Source: Lytechinus pictus (lineage: Eukaryota). Taken from it: 64,000 nt of DNA. The notes under the pieces are model-generated. The model was not told where the DNA came from. It did no database searches and saw only the letters and a list, made by a program, of their open reading frames with translations. The DNA is taken from NCBI RefSeq assembly GCF_037042905.1, contig NC_087247.1, forward strand, positions 45,756,001-45,820,000, given 5' to 3'. Below, in pieces: positions 1 through 15,146 of this stretch. Each line of letters starts with the position of its first letter. The first letter of the stretch is position 1. The position numbers and the translations under genes were made by a program.

Positions 1-102
1 CTCTTTTGTGGATAATAAGCCACTTTGTCTAATTCAACTTTGTCAATACCTGTTGGTCTCATCACCATTCCAGTTAGGCTTATTATTTTATATATATCAA
101 TT

Positions 103-393
103 GGAGTGTTGTGGCCCAGAGGATTAGTCTCCGGACTTTAAAACAGAGGGTCATGGGTTCGAATCCCAGCCATGGCGTAATTTCCTTCGGCAAGAAATTT
201 ATCCACATTTTGCTGCACTCGACCCAGGTGAGGTGAATGGGTACCCAATAGGATTTATTCCTTGAACGCTTTAGCACCTATTAATATGGCGGCTTAGCTA
301 CAACCGGGGTAATATGATACCAAGTATCAAATCGCAGTTGAGTATATGCACAAGTAACTGCTATATAAATGGACATATTATGATTATTATTAT
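103..393 (+). mobile_element. tRNA-derived SINE
   Basis: A box (gtggcccagagg), B box (gggttcgaatccc), conserved body tgctgcactcgacccaggtg..aatgggtacc, (tat)n tail; homologous to the other copies in the window. Confidence 0.85.
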
Positions 394-3300
394 TGGTCTA
401 GCTCACCTGGTCTGCTGGAGGCCTACATGTACATATTTGACCTTAAGGCAACATGCACAAACCGATGTCGGTTTCTAAATTTACACTTCAATATGAATCA
501 TGATTGATAATGTAATTATAAAATGCAGATATAATGAGAAAAATACGGGTGTTCAATGTCCCCCATTCCCTGTCATAAAAGTAAACGTCTTTCAGATCGC
601 AATTTGGAGGAAAATTTAAAAGTAAAAAAAGGTACGTTTGGAAACACGATCAGCTCAGATTTTACGACCTTCAGTCTCGTGAATGCAACACTGAAAATCA
701 TTGGGTTTTGAAACGTCTTAGAATTTTCTCTCCCAGTGGAAGCCTACTCAAGTATGTGTCAGAATTGACCTTTCTTATGATGGGTCAAACTGCGCAGCAA
801 GCTGTGCTAACGAGAGCGGAAAATTTAAAGACGATCAAGGTATAATCAGCTTCAAATCTTCAACACTGGACAGTGCATTGCTGATAGCGTTTGTGTTCTG
901 TGTTTTGTAGTGACGTTTTCAACCATGATCCATGTTGCCAATTAAAAATGGAAACCAACATTACACACACCCTTAAAGTTACTGTACCAACATGCCTCAC
1001 ACAGTGGAGAGTGGGGGGGGGGGGGGCACAGGGGGCGCATACAGCATTTTTGCCCTCAGTAGATGTCACGTTTGTTCCCCTGTGAAGTGTTTATAGTTTT
1101 ATTTCCCCCTCATCAGAAACTTAAAAAAATAAAATTAGCCCACTTTCAGTAGCCCATCATGTATTGATTCCTGGCTTTATGTACACACCCATTGAATGAA
1201 ACTCATTAGCAATGGTATGCCCTGAGCATAGCAGTGGGCTGGAAGCATGCAGAGAATGGTTCAGAACCATAAGGTGCTCTTGTCAGCTTTCATTTTAATC
1301 AAATCTATTTTTCATTGAACACAGTCTTGACCCAGTTCAGACATTGAGTGTATTGTTAGGCCTATTCATTCCATACGGCATGTTTCTACAGAGAATCGTT
1401 AAAAACGGTTCATCTTTTCTGGAATCAAAAAACCGTATCGTCCTTAAACCATCCTACAAACCAATCTACAGTGCGAATAATCCGATTAACTCACATTCCA
1501 AATGGATAAACATGGCAATAACCACCTCCCAGAAGTGGTTATGAGAAACCATATTTTGCATGATGCGGTTTATTAACAAACCACATCGCGTCTGTTTCTA
1601 CAGGGAAGTTTTCCAGAATTCTGGATAATTATTGGAACATGTTTTGTCATAATGTAGGTTCACTGTGTAGCAAAAGGGATGTGGATGGATGTATCATGTA
1701 TAAACTTCTTCTAAGGTGACTTGAAACAGTCTTGTCTCCATCCGTTTTAATTCAATGTGAGCTTTCAGATGAATAGCCCCTACATGTATATCATAATTCT
1801 TTCTAATTTTTTTTTTAATGTTGATGTTGCTCCAATGCTAATCAGTCTATTGTTTTGAGTGAATTTAAATGGGTTTGTAGTATCTGTACAAATGCAGTTA
1901 TTCAAATGTCAGTTTTAAATGAATAATAAAGCAGTAAAATTAATCTGCCAGTTAAGCATTACAATATATCATCTACATGACATGTCAGGAAGGTTACAGT
2001 AAGAATGATAATTTAATGCTAAAACCAATACTATGTGAAAACTTCCATGACTCTCCACCAGCTGTCATGCAATTGATTTGATTAATGTACAAGAGAAATT
2101 TAAACATAGATTCCAATGATCTAATGATCATAAAATTTATGTGAACAGAATCAAACAAAATTACAACTTAAGTGCTTGTACTGTAGTGGTATGTATGATT
2201 TTTTCTCTCCCAATTGATTCTGGTTGAAAATAAATTGCCTCTTAGAAGTTAAGCAACATACTATTTAATTTTATTGAGGGTAGACTGGCCTGTTTTGTTT
2301 AATAGTAGTAATCATAATATTGTCCATGTTTATATGTTTCTTGCTTATTTTCAGTGTCCCCGGGTTTCTATCTAAAGGTATATTTCCCTTAGTTTGCAGC
2401 ATACATGTACATGTCCGTGTACGTGTAGGCTAACCCAAGAAAGAATTGAAACAGTATGATAGCAATTTAAACCGCAAGCTAAAAGCCTTTCTCTCCGATT
2501 CATTGCCCACTGCAATTACTTTTGTTAAACTTGAAAAAAAAAGGACCAATTGGGGTAAGTTGGAATAATGAATAGGATCAGAACTCTGAGATGGGGGGAA
2601 AAAAACGTTATGAAGCAAAATTTTCTTTTGTTCAAGTGAATTCGGCAGGCTAACACTAAATTTTTAACATCAATTTCTCTGTACACTAAATCTCACAAGG
2701 ATGTTTGATAAAAGATACCATGACATAGCACTATTCAAGAAGATTACTTACCGGTAACTGTTTTCATCAGAGCTTACAAACTAAATCATCTTTCTTATGT
2801 TAAGTATTATTATTATTCCCATGATATTAAAAAATGAATACAATATTTTTAATAAGAAAATGCCATTGTAGTACGTATAGTATGTACATTGTCTGATGTA
2901 TTGAAGCAGTAATGTTTCAACACTGCTAAAATTGGTGTTATGCCCTTTTCAATCTCATCACATGGTGATGAATAGTGCTTTCAAGATTTGAAAGGTTAGT
3001 TGTATTGCTAACAAATACACACCATACTGATGGTGCTGGGTTGGCATAGAAAGTCGATATGGAGAGTAATTGCATCTCGCCTGAAGGCAACAGCGCACAC
3101 ATGTAAGGCAGGTGACAAACATAATCTTGATTTACAGTCATCTAGCTTCACATCATGGATGCATTTATGCACCACCGTCTTCTTTAAGCTCTCTTAATAT
3201 TGGATACTGCAGTCCACTTATAAAGTATAATGTAATATATTCCAGCAAATAATGGATCCACTTTAAGATTTCCAAAGGATATTGAATCCCACTCAAACAA

Positions 3301-4927
3301 GGGGTGTCAGATAGCGCAGGATAGTTTGGAATTCTAGGATACATACTGTATATTGTATTTTGGAGCTTGGATGTTTTTCATTATTAATTTTTCATTCTTT
3401 TCTGTTTCAGTATTTCTTTTTTTTTTCAGAATGAATAAAATTTTAAAAATATGCAGCTAATTAATATCTGCTTATTAGTACAGGTAACTCTGCAAATATT
3501 TTCATGTAGGAAGGGAGGGGAATACACTTTTCTGTATAAAACCTTTAACCTTTGTTTCTATAAAAGGGGGAAATACTTGATCAATATGCAAACTACACGT
3601 AGGCCATACAGATAATGCATTTTTTTTGCTATACAAAAATTGATTGGATTTAAAAGAAATCAAGAATACACCAATGCAATTAAAATAAGAATATACAATA
3701 TACATGTATAAACATGAACAATGAATGAGTGAATAAATAAATAAGATACAGTCCATATGATACATTCTACATTGAGAAACAAAAATTTACTTTTTACTTT
3801 TTACTTTTTAGATATTTAATAAGCTATTTGTGTTGTCGTCAACTTTTCTTTTTGAAGACATGTCTTTCTAGTGACACATTCAATGACTGCATATAATATA
3901 CATACATACATGTACACGTACATTGTATGCACATGATTATGTATTGTACTTGAATTTGTTCTCATACAATGTATGTGTATGGCTGTTGCATATATTTATT
4001 TCAAACAAATCAGGGTTGGAAGAAAAGGTCATCAATGACACAGACAGATCCCATGCAACCATCAACACAAATTGACAAAACTGTGTTTACACTCAAAGTC
4101 AGTGTGGTCAATGAAACATCTGTTTGTGGTATTTATCAATAAAACAAGTGATTTGGGTCCTGTACAAAAAACCTCAACAAATGTTTGTGGTTTATGAATG
4201 AGTTTAAGTTTATATAACATGGTAACCAGCAATGCAAACTTTCAGTCATTTGTTGAGGTCAAAGGGTTATCCAGTTTCCTGTTTTAACTCTACTGTATGA
4301 ACCAACTGCTTTGACATATTTTTCATAGAATCAAAAGTAACTGATCTTGCATTTCAAAATATCATTCATATATTGTTATTCATAATACACTATTGAAATT
4401 AATATGATATCTACTGGTTGATATATATTTGAATTATTTATGGTAAAAACCTTATTAGGTTGAAAGAAAATGTTGTTCATTATCTAATAATCAGAAACAT
4501 TGGATGTATGTATGTACTTTAAATCCAAAGAGGTAGAAATAAATTTCTACGTCCATAGTACTCCCATATTGATAAAAAATACTTCTTATTCTTATTCATT
4601 CTTATATAATTAGGAACTTCAGGAATAGGTTGTCCCCTTAAGTGTTCCATCATGTACCCCATAGTTCCATGTATATTGTAGATATAAATGACACTAAAGC
4701 ATACTTAGTTTGAAAGTAATGTTGCCTTATGGGAATAACATGGAGCTATTTTTTTTTGTAAATGACAAAAATTTGTTTGTTTGTAATTTTGATGCTACAT
4801 CATTTTACAAGACTGATGCTTACACACACACACATAAAAAAAGGATAAACTGAATGCAGAATGTAGATTTAATGTTTGTTTTTCATATGAAGGCCTGGAT
4901 TCCCAAAGGTTAGACATAGGCTGTGTG

Positions 4928-5303
4928 CAGGGTTCCCACAGTCATGGGAAATCCTGGAAAAATGGAAAAATGGTCATGGAAAGTCAGGGAAAAGTCAGGA
5001 AATTTGGAAAATTTGTGAAAAGCCATGGAAAAGTCATGGAAATATATTTACCTTTTGGCTATGGCAGCTTTCCAGTTTGTCTTGTCTCTCAACTCTCATA
5101 CTCTGATCATACTCTGCTATTATAGTTGGTGTTCATGATTTCCATTTTTCCCAGTTTTGTGACATCCAAATTCTACATTACTCCCGGGACGTCATGGGAA
5201 GTCATGGAAAGCAGCAATTTAATCATGGAAAAGTCATGGAAAGCAGCAATTTAATCATGGAAAAGTCATGAAATTCTGTTTTCCAATATCTGTTTGAACC
5301 CTG
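4928..5303. mobile_element. MITE (hAT-like termini) with internal gtcatggaaaa repeats
   Basis: cagggttc...gaaccctg termini flanked by tgtgtg; tandem gtcatggaa units. Confidence 0.65.
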
Positions 5304-5575
5304 TGTGTGTATCTTTGTTACTTTAAAGAAATGAACACGTGTTCTATTTAATAGGTCGAGGTGTCTATGAAAAGTGATTTCACAAATATGAAGGTTGAAA
5401 CCTTCAAAGATACATCCCTACTGGAACAATGATATTTACTAAAAAAATTTAATCAAAAGTTGATTAAGTTCTTAACTGAGTTTGTTTTGGTACATATAAT
5501 GTACTGTATGTGTAACAAGTTAAACACATGTTAATTATTTTCTTGGGAATTCTTTTGTTTTTATTTTCGTTTCAG

Positions 5576-8500
5576 TCATTAGTTCTCTTGAGTCGATTAC
5601 CCTTCACATCGTTATTCACCCAGTTAGCTAGCCTGGTAGCTCCAGAGTATTTTGACAATGGGGAACCATCAATAGAAGCAGGTACGTATGTTTAATGAAC
5701 TACATAGTAAAATTTGTTACAGTGCGTTATGTCACTTCTTAGTTTGTTTTATGAGATGACAAAGTGGATCCTGATGAATTGATTGGTTTAGAATGTTCAT
5801 GTGACTAGTTATTAATTTTGACTACACCCAATTTTACCTACATGAATGAATGCAGGTGACAGGTAATATATTTTGGCATATTATGGTTTGGAGATGAGGG
5901 TTATTTTTTAAATATCAATGTTCCGCATTATTTATGAAACAAATAATACACACTGATTTGTGTGGGCTTTGGTGCAATGTCCCACACACTTTGCCATCAC
6001 CTTCAAGTATTTTATAATGGTTCCAAAGGTAGGTGTACAGTGTAAGTTGTACACGTGGGTAAATTTTACTAATACTCTCACCGACTTATTTTTATTCAAT
6101 TTTCATTCCTGTTTGGGGGCTAGTGTTATACAGACCAATGACTATCACAATGTCTAGAGAACACCTGTCATTGCTCTATGTCTGTTCTTGTTTTCAGCTT
6201 GCCATGATATTGACCAATGGCCATCACCTTGCCCAGGAAAGACCCTTCACTTACCCATTATGGGCTGTGTCCTTCAAGTTCGTATCCCATCAAGGCAAGA
6301 CAAACCCAGTGCTGCAGCAGTTGCCAAGGGACAGGTAGAGGTAAGGAAACAGTTTGGGAGCATTTCATGAAACAAATAGATTGCCATCGATTATTATTAT
6401 AAGCTAACAGAATCCTTTCATCTGAATGGCTCATAGCAAATTTATCAGTGAATAGCACATTATGTTTGATATGAAAGGTTGTGGTGTACGTGTGTGGGTC
6501 CTATATTTCTTAAAAGGTAACATTTTAGAAACATTGTTCTATAGCAGTTGGCTGTTAGACTTTGACTACTGTTCACACACGTACTACTTTATGTATGACA
6601 GTACTTCAACCCCTTAAAAGTGACCACCCTTCTTCATTGAATTATTACTTAAATGGATGCACTTTCTAATGCTGAAGAACGAACCAAAGTAGTTTTACTG
6701 CAGTCTTAAACTTCATCATATTAGCACAAATCAAAAGTAATATGCCCAAGGTATTCTATTCAATTATCCCCCCTCCATTCTTCTTCTTCATTATAAAAGC
6801 AATAAAGTCTGTAATTTATTTCATTGTATGCTTGATTACAGCTGATGGGATCGCCTCTTACAGTTGTGCCTTCCATCAGTGAGCCTGAGATGTTCAGATG
6901 CCTTCATCCAGTTATACCTCACATACAGCTTCTATGGGAGCTTGTCTTGACTGGAGAGGTATGTCATAGGCTGTATTATCCCATTGGCATGAATTTAGAA
7001 ACATGACTTTTGATCCATGGGTTTATGTAGATTTCATGCACTTATTACAATTCATTCAGCTTGTATGTGTTGTTCAGAGCCCCCAATAATGAATATACTC
7101 TTTGTCACGGTTCACTGACTTCATGCCTGTCACTGAGGTAACTACATTAATGAGCGAGTGGTTTATGTAAATTAAATAATAAAAATAGTGGACTAAATTT
7201 TAAAAAGTTGGCTGTAACTTTAATACTACTACTAATGATATAGAGTATTTCTAAAGCACCAAATCCTCATTGATTATGTGCTCAAGGCTTAAGTAACAAT
7301 CATTGTGATAAAAGCACACATTCTTTCTCAAGATATGCACTGAATTAAACATGATAATGCATAAAATCACCATAAACCATCCTTTTTAAAACCAAGGATT
7401 CAAACCTCCTTTGTTAATTCTTTGGCTTTTATTGTGACTTGCATTCATGATTCACATTTTTTTTTAAAAATCAAACGTGCAATCATGTTTACGGAATGCG
7501 AGCCAGAATTGTCCTAACATTTACTTCCTAAGCAAGTCTTTGTAAGCAACATTCTTACCCATTGGTACATGAATTTGGTGATGCCTGTATAAACCTAATG
7601 GGAGTAGGACAATTTAGAAGTCAGTATCTTTTTGAGGGGTCATTATAAGTACAATTTTTTTCTGCAGACTATATTATTTCCAAACTGCATTAATCTTGAT
7701 TTCTTGTGTATTGCCTCAAAACTTTGTCTAACAGAACACCTCCTGAGGTTAAGTAAAGTATTAAATATAATTGTTAGATTTAAGAATAGTTCTAGAGCAC
7801 AAAATGCTCTCAAGAAAACACAGAGCACAAGTCCAGCATCAGAGCTATTATCATACTAAAAATAAAGAATACTACAATAAATAAATAAATATTAATGAGC
7901 ATGTGAAACGATTTTCAGGAAAATTCTAATTCTAGGAATGTGACAATGGTTGCAGGGTTAGCAGATTGCATAGGGGTAAACAAGGATGATTAATATGATT
8001 TGTATTATATCTCTCTTGTATTTTACTTTTCTATTTCTATATAAAAGACATTAGTTGTGATGGCACCAGGTCCTGGTATGTGTGCTGATACAGTCCATGC
8101 AATGGTCAGTATGATATCACCTCTAAGGTTTATGTGTGATTTCAGACCGTACTTCACCATCCATGACAGTGAATTCAAGGAGTATACAACAAGAACACAA
8201 GCACCGTAAGTGGAACCAAAATGTTGGTTAGAAGAGATCTTAAATCATTTTTAGTTTTGTATAATCATATGATTAAAAAAATAGTGAAGGTTCATAGAAA
8301 GATGAAAGAAAATGTATACTATCATGCAAAATATTCATACTAGGTGTAAATGAAGCTGTAGAAATATGGATATCATACCTATTTGGTTTCTAGTGGGTAT
8401 GTATTGAGCTTTATTAGTTAACATGTTTACATATAATTGTATGTAATTCTTTATGAGTTGATATATGCAATATCATTCTATATTTAGTCCCTCAATTATG

Positions 8501-11500
8501 ATTGAAATTTATTTCCTTGCAGGAAAGCAGCTGTATCGTTTATATTGTACTTACTTGGAGTGGCTAATTGTCTTTCAAGGAAACCTTTATGGAATGGTTT
8601 TTATGCTGCGTTGTCAATGGGCATGAGAAATAAGATACATTTCATTGAAATGCTCATGGTTAGAAGGGTACGCCAGTGAGAAATTGCTAAAATTACTGTG
8701 TTGTGTGATGTCTATGAAGAATGATTTTTAAAAAGATATAACTTTTGCTTTATGCAACCTTTTATTATTATAGGCCTTCAGTAATTCTTGGAGTGACGAA
8801 TCCATTCTTCGCCAAGACATTACAACATTGGCCACACATAGTACGGATAGGAGAACCAACTTATGGTGAGCATTGTTGTTTTGATGGGTATCAAGCATTG
8901 TCAGAGAATTGTCAAGTTACATTTATGAACTTGGATTGTCATTTATTCTTAGTTTGTCTATCAGATGATTTGATCCTAATATTGTATTCTAAGAAGGTTT
9001 ATAGCTTGCATTGTAAATTTATCCAAGCCACATCCACCACAAAAACTCATGGCCACATTAGACAAAAAAAAGTTAAAAGTTGGGAGTTGCTGCTACCCTG
9101 TTAAGCGTTCGGCAAGTTTAGGGATAGAGCAATGTCAATCTGATGCTGCACAGTGACTGCCGGGTCAACAATCAATTGGGCAAAATAAATTTTCATAGTA
9201 TTTCTATTTCAGATTTCTATTTTGAAAAATAGAATGTGATTTTTTTTTTTTTTCATTGTCATTAATGTGGAAATTGTTTAAGTGAGATAAAAAGTTACTA
9301 AGTTACCAAGAATACTGATTTTGCTAAAACAGCTTTATAACAGAGACATAATGTACAAGAATACCATGCAATACTTGAAGCAAAGGATGAAATATCAAAC
9401 TGTCATCAGATGATCAGATATAGAAAATCAAAATCAATAAATGATTGAAAGTTTCCCTTTGTTTTTCTGAATAGGAAAATGAAATATGATATAGTTCCTG
9501 TTAACGAATGCCACATGTTCACCTAAACTGCACCTCAAATAGGCATTGTGGAAAAAATGATTCCAGGAAATAGTGTTGTAGATTGTTCAAGGTATTAGTA
9601 ACAAGAAGTTGTAGCCTTTGTATTATTAAAAAGAAATATTGTTGTATTATTAATATTTGATGAAGTCCATTGTTTTAGACATTGGATGTAGTATTAAACT
9701 GCTCAGACACAAAAATGATTTGTTCACTTTTGTGCACATTATGAAAAGGAGTTTCAATAGGTCAGTTGATCTGGCAGTGGTCTTTATGATTCAGTGGATC
9801 AAGATTCAATACCAAGCTCAGATCATAATGATGTTCCATTTTTTAGTAAGGCAGTAATCTTCATTACCACAACTACCTGGGATGACAGGAAGCCTTTTAT
9901 CCTCTGGTTACAAGTATCAAAGCTTTCTTAGGTGTTACGTGAAATAAACTAGTGAACAATTAACAATTGATATTATGTATAAAGTATTAATTTATTTTGT
10001 TTTATTTTGCAGGTGATAAGAATTCCAAAGCTCTGAAACCAAAGAAGCCAGGGAGTATCAAGACATTAGAGTCAAAGCCAGGTGACTAATAAATAAAAGA
10101 CAAAGAATATATACTGAAATTCCTTGTGTAAATATTTAGACAGATGTGTGAGAATAAGTCAAGCAGAGAAAAAATAGAATTACTGATAAAATGAACTATT
10201 TATATTACACCTGATACATGGTATGAATGAGTATTGCTTCGCAAACATTTAGAATATTGCTATTCATTCTGTCATTGAATTTCATATTCCTTGTATTGAG
10301 TTGAAGTGTATGGCCGGCATTTTTTTTTTCATTTTGATTACAGATCATGTTTTTAATAATTCTACTGTAATTTTTCTTATGATTCACCAATAACCATTGG
10401 TTGTATGTGTTTTGAGATATTTCTGCAACTGATAACCATTCATTGTTTGATGTTATTTATTATAGGTGTCTACACACAGTATAAACCATTCCTGAACAAA
10501 GACAAGAGTATTATTAAGAGATTAGCAAAGGTAAGTCAATCAAAATCTCTGACAAGATGAGTGATGTAACAGGCGCGGGTCCAAGGGTGAGGGGCCGAGC
10601 CGGCCCCGCCTGCCCCCCTTTTTTTTGGCAACCCCCCAAAAAATGTCCTTTTAACTTGAGAGAAACGCTGAAAAACAGAAAGAAAAGTATTTAGTAAGTA
10701 GTAAGTATTTAGTTACATACACATCTTGTTCACAATCACAATCATTGCTCAAAATGTTCAATTTTCAGGACAAAATGCATGAAATTTCCTTAAAAAATTA
10801 GCTTGCGCTTTGCGCTCGTACTATTCAATTAGGGCTTGTATGAGATTATTACTTATTTATGTTTTGTGAGAATAAAGCTAAGAAGTGACTGTTAGGACTA
10901 CTCCTTCAAAGAAAGAAATAAAAATCAACTTTGAGCGGCCAATCAGTGAAAATATGGGTAAACAAAAAGTTTTGGCCTCCCTATTGGCGAAAGCTGGATC
11001 CGCCCCTGTGTAATGTCCATGACATTACAAACTTCTCCAAGAGAATTGAACCTTGAATAAATAGACACCTTCAATAGTGCATTCCACTGGACTCTTACAT
11101 TTTGGTATAACACAAGTTTAGAAATGCACATGACATTAAAAAACCCTGCTAGTTTGTGAGCATGAACAATTCATTTGGTCAAGAATCCTTGAAGTGACAT
11201 GAAAAATAGATTCTGTTAAAGGATGAATTAATGTTGCCAAAAGGAGAAATGTTTTCTGATAGAATAAGAGGTATGGTATATCATATCTGTTCCTAATGTG
11301 TAATCATATCATATCACCTGAAAGTCATTAACTTTAAAACGAAAATGACAAATAATTTTGGTTGACTGTACTCCATGCCTTAGAGTGCTATGCCTACCTG
11401 AATAATTCTATGGTATGGTTGAATGCTATTGAGACATACATTTTCTACCATAAATGTTTTGATATATGAATGACTGCTTTGTATGTAAAACACAGCATAT

Positions 11501-14500
11501 TACTGTGTAATATTTGCAGTTGTGATTATACAATAGAAGCTGGAAAAGTTATTTTTATTTTATTAGAATCTTGAACAAGGTTTCTTACTGCCTTTATCAT
11601 TTGCATGTTTCTGAAAGAATTCCAATGTGATTCTTATATTGACTACCCACAGGGCATGCAGACAAGGAGACCTACAGAAGTCCAGGATGCCATGCTCCGG
11701 AGACATCTCCTTGAGCTTACACAGAGTTTCATGATTCCACTTGAAAGATATGTAGCTAGTCTCATGCCTCTTCAAAGGAATATCTCTCCCTGGAAGGTGT
11801 GTTGACATATGAGCCAATTAAGCTGTGGGTTGGGTGGTTTATCTGACAGTTTTATTTCAATTATTTGTGCTCTTGTGAAACCTGTCATGACCCAATCTGT
11901 CCCAGGCCCCAAGCAACAAGTTTTTATAGGTTGCTGTTGACTTATGATAACATAATGGGTGAGTTTCAAGCCAATTTTGTGGTATATTGTAGCTTTATCA
12001 GCTCGTGCCAAATAGGTAACTGTTTGCTATGGAAACCTAAGCTGTATTAATATGGAACTTTTGTTTAAAAATTGCAAGTTTTTGTGCGATGGGACACATG
12101 ATTGCTATCTATGAAGGCTGGGACATACATTTAATAAGTTACCCTTGTTTTGAGGTATTGTAACATGCATACATTGTATGTATATATCACTATATAGCAT
12201 CCCCCAAGGTTAAAGCCATTTGATGCTGAAGAGTTTCTGAAGACATTAGAACATTCTGGACCCCAACTCACATCAGGACTCAAAGGAGATTGGGTGGGAC
12301 TCTACAAGTAAGTACATCCCAACCATTGATATCAACTTGTTTCTTATGTACTTCTTACTTTTCACACTCACCAAGTAAAATAATTTTTTGTATAAGGTCA
12401 TGCTAGATAACTGTTTTCTTTAAGAAAAAATACAAATCTCCCTTATTAAATACATCATAAATATATTCCACAGCCCTGTTATTAAGCAATGGACTTTAAT
12501 GCATTTATGACATCTTAGTATATTGTACTTTGAAATCTGAACTCGCAAACTAGTGCTTATGAAGGAGAGGTTATCTTGTTGATGTAATTAAAGTATAATC
12601 TATGTGCAGGCATTCGAACATGGTGAAATTCGCATTTAGATTGACAGGTGGTCTGATGTAATGAACAAGATTGTTGATTTGGAATGTTGAATGGCAGGAT
12701 ACATGATGTGCATTACAGGAAGGTTGATTTAAGTAATATACATCATTCCTTTCTCAGTCAGTCAACCTTTTGACTTTGCTCAGAGCTAAATGTAGTTCAA
12801 TTAATTGAAAGGTCATCATACTTCATGCATTCAGTGCTTGTAGTTTAAAAATTAGTTTTGTGGTATGAATTTTAAGTGATTACTGTTCTATCATCATAAG
12901 TTTTTCTCGAACTATAAATTTGAGTCAATTTATGGTTTACTGATCAAATGTTTAGATGTAGACAGCTGTGATTATTGCATAGTCATATTTAACACAACAA
13001 ATATGATGGCCGATGAGAATTTGTAAATAGTAATGGCAAAACATTCAATATCTCTTTGGAGTTCAAAATTGGCTTTTGAAATTTGTAGTTATATACTTTA
13101 GTTTTCAAGTTCTGCCTTGTTTGGAGAGTATTTTGAGAACATTTTTTACACCTTTTTGTTTTCAGAGTTTTGTAAATTTGTGTGATTATTTTCAAATTCA
13201 GAATTCTACCCTCTTGAATTCAGTGTCCTAAGAAGATAAGGAGCATTTTTATGCTTTGTTGATATAATCTCTCATATTCTGCAATTACTGAATCTTGAAA
13301 ACATGCGTTTCAGAATTGCTACTATACTTTCTTAGTTCTCAGATCTAAAGTCAATTACATGATGAAGTGTAGTTTCCCTATCAATCAACACTCATAGTGT
13401 TAGAACTGTTGTGTTTCTTGGATCACTTCAGCCCTTAGAGTTATAACATGTTTTAAGTGATTATTTTTAATATTCCCTTTGATTTTTTGATCCATCACAT
13501 GCAGTGACGATATATTTCTTTATTACATCACAATTTCCTTGCTCGGGCAAGATCTAGATGTGTGTGCGCAATTTCATTGTCATTCACATACATGCTCGGA
13601 ATAATAATAAAGCATCGACTTTAGTGCTTTTCTATGAATCAAAGTTTATTTTTTATTTTTATATCCTGTAGAGAATGTTTCCTTCCTTTGTAGTTGAATA
13701 TTTTCAAATGTGGAATATAATGCTAGTAATCACATCTTGATATCAGGTGATGAGATATATTATCACTTCCTAGGCGAGCAAGATGGAACCCTAATGACTC
13801 TATCTTTCGTCAGCTGTGCTTAAAAAACGATAACTACATCCAGCTCACCCTGTGATAGTTTTCCCATTACCTTCACCAATGGTTATTATTTACTTAATAT
13901 TGGAATTCAGCACATATTGAAAACATCTTTAGTATCATTAATATATTCTTTCAATGATTTCTTCATTTGACATCCTACGCTTTTGAATCGAGTCTCTTGT
14001 GAACATTTCAGTATCCTTTTATCAGGAGATTATAATATAGAATCATACGCATCTGATTTCAACATATTGAACTACTTCTTGTCACAGGAAATTCTTTAGA
14101 TCAAAGAATTTTGAGGGTTGGTTTCAGCAGCGTCAGGAGGAAGTGAACTGTAAGCTGTCAGCTCTCCACTTAGAGACTCTTTGTGAGGCAGACATCGCTG
14201 ACTGGGCGAAAGACAAGCAAGAGGTGGAGGTTGTTGATCTACTCTTGAAGCTTCGAGAGAAGATGGTTAGTTGGCTTGGGTTTATGTCCATATTATTGTT
14301 ATATCTTCACTTATCAAAGGACTGAAGTACTAGTAGATAAAATGATAGCCTTTGATATTATCTGTATGCAATACAGAAAAGGGTTTTGGACTTGCCAATG
14401 CCACTATATGGCAAGTATTTATAATTGCAGTATATGGTTTTTATGCTCCCGCAGACGAAGTCAGGAGGGGGCATTAAGCGTTGGCCCTGTCCGTCCGTCC

Positions 14501-15146
14501 CCCACTTGGTTTCCGCGCAATAACTCGAACAATATTTTAAAAATTTTCGGTGTGTAGGTAGATGACACCAAAATATAGGCTAAGTTTGAATTTAGAGTCC
14601 GCAGGTGAGGTCAAAGGTCACAGCTCATTAAATATGTGAGTTGGTTTCCGTGCATTAAATCGAAAATATTTAATGGATTACAAAAAATTTTGGTGTGTGG
14701 GTAGATGACACCAAAATATAGGCTAAGTTTGAATTTGGAGTCCGCAGTTCAAAGGTCACAGCTCATTAAATATGAGAGTTGGTTTCTGCGCAATAAATTG
14801 AAAAATAATTAATGGATTAAAAAAAAATCTGGTGTGTAGGTAAATGACACCAAAATACAGGCTAAGTTCGAATTCGGAGTCCGCAGGTCAAAGGTCACAG
14901 CTCATTAAATATGGAAGTTGGTTTCCTGAACTTATGAAACAGATTTAATAAAAATTGGAAAAAAAAAGAAAAATTGAAATTTGAAAGTTATTAATATGTA
15001 AACTGCTCTGTTTTGCCCTGCAGGCTAGTGTCCGGGACAACAGTATCTTGGTGAAGCCAGAGTTGATCAAACAGCTAGGAGCACACATGGATGCTATCAT
15101 CTTGAACTTACCTGAAGACTTACAGATTGTCCTACAGAGTCACTGA
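5576..15146 (+). CDS. DENND6: DENN domain-containing protein 6 (DENND6A/B, FAM116; Rab GEF family), 3' part of a multi-exon gene; 5' exons lie before this window
   Basis: Phase-consistent AG/GT exons: 5576-5681 ([24 protein letters not shown]), 6198-6340 ([22 protein letters not shown]), 6842-6958 ([13 protein letters not shown]), 8048-8205 ([29 protein letters not shown]), 8774-8865 ([26 protein letters not shown]), 10013-10081, 10466-10530 ([10 protein letters not shown]), 11653-11796 ([19 protein letters not shown]), 12198-12307, 14088-14265, 15024-15146 (LPEDLQ..stop). The peptides match DENND6 as I recall it. Confidence 0.93.
10570..11008. mobile_element. CAGG-terminal MITE in a DENND6 intron
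   Basis: caggcgcgggtcc...ggatccgcccctg, 5-bp TSD tgtaa. Confidence 0.7.
14438..14960 (+). repeat. Helentron/HINE-like element with three ~125-bp tandem units
   Basis: tttttatgctccc head, (gtcc)n, and three repeats of gatgacaccaaaatataggctaagtttgaa..gtcaaaggtcacagctcattaaatat. Related relics at ~22645-22900 and ~24620-24975. Confidence 0.6.

Noticed and set aside
103-175. tRNA-like sequence (also at 21376 and 30897)
   Set aside because: It continues into a shared SINE body and tail and has no proper acceptor stem; these are SINE heads, not tRNA genes.
14540-14930. Regularly spaced repeats resembling a CRISPR array
   Set aside because: Whole units repeat without unique spacers, in a eukaryotic intron; this is a TE-internal tandem repeat.
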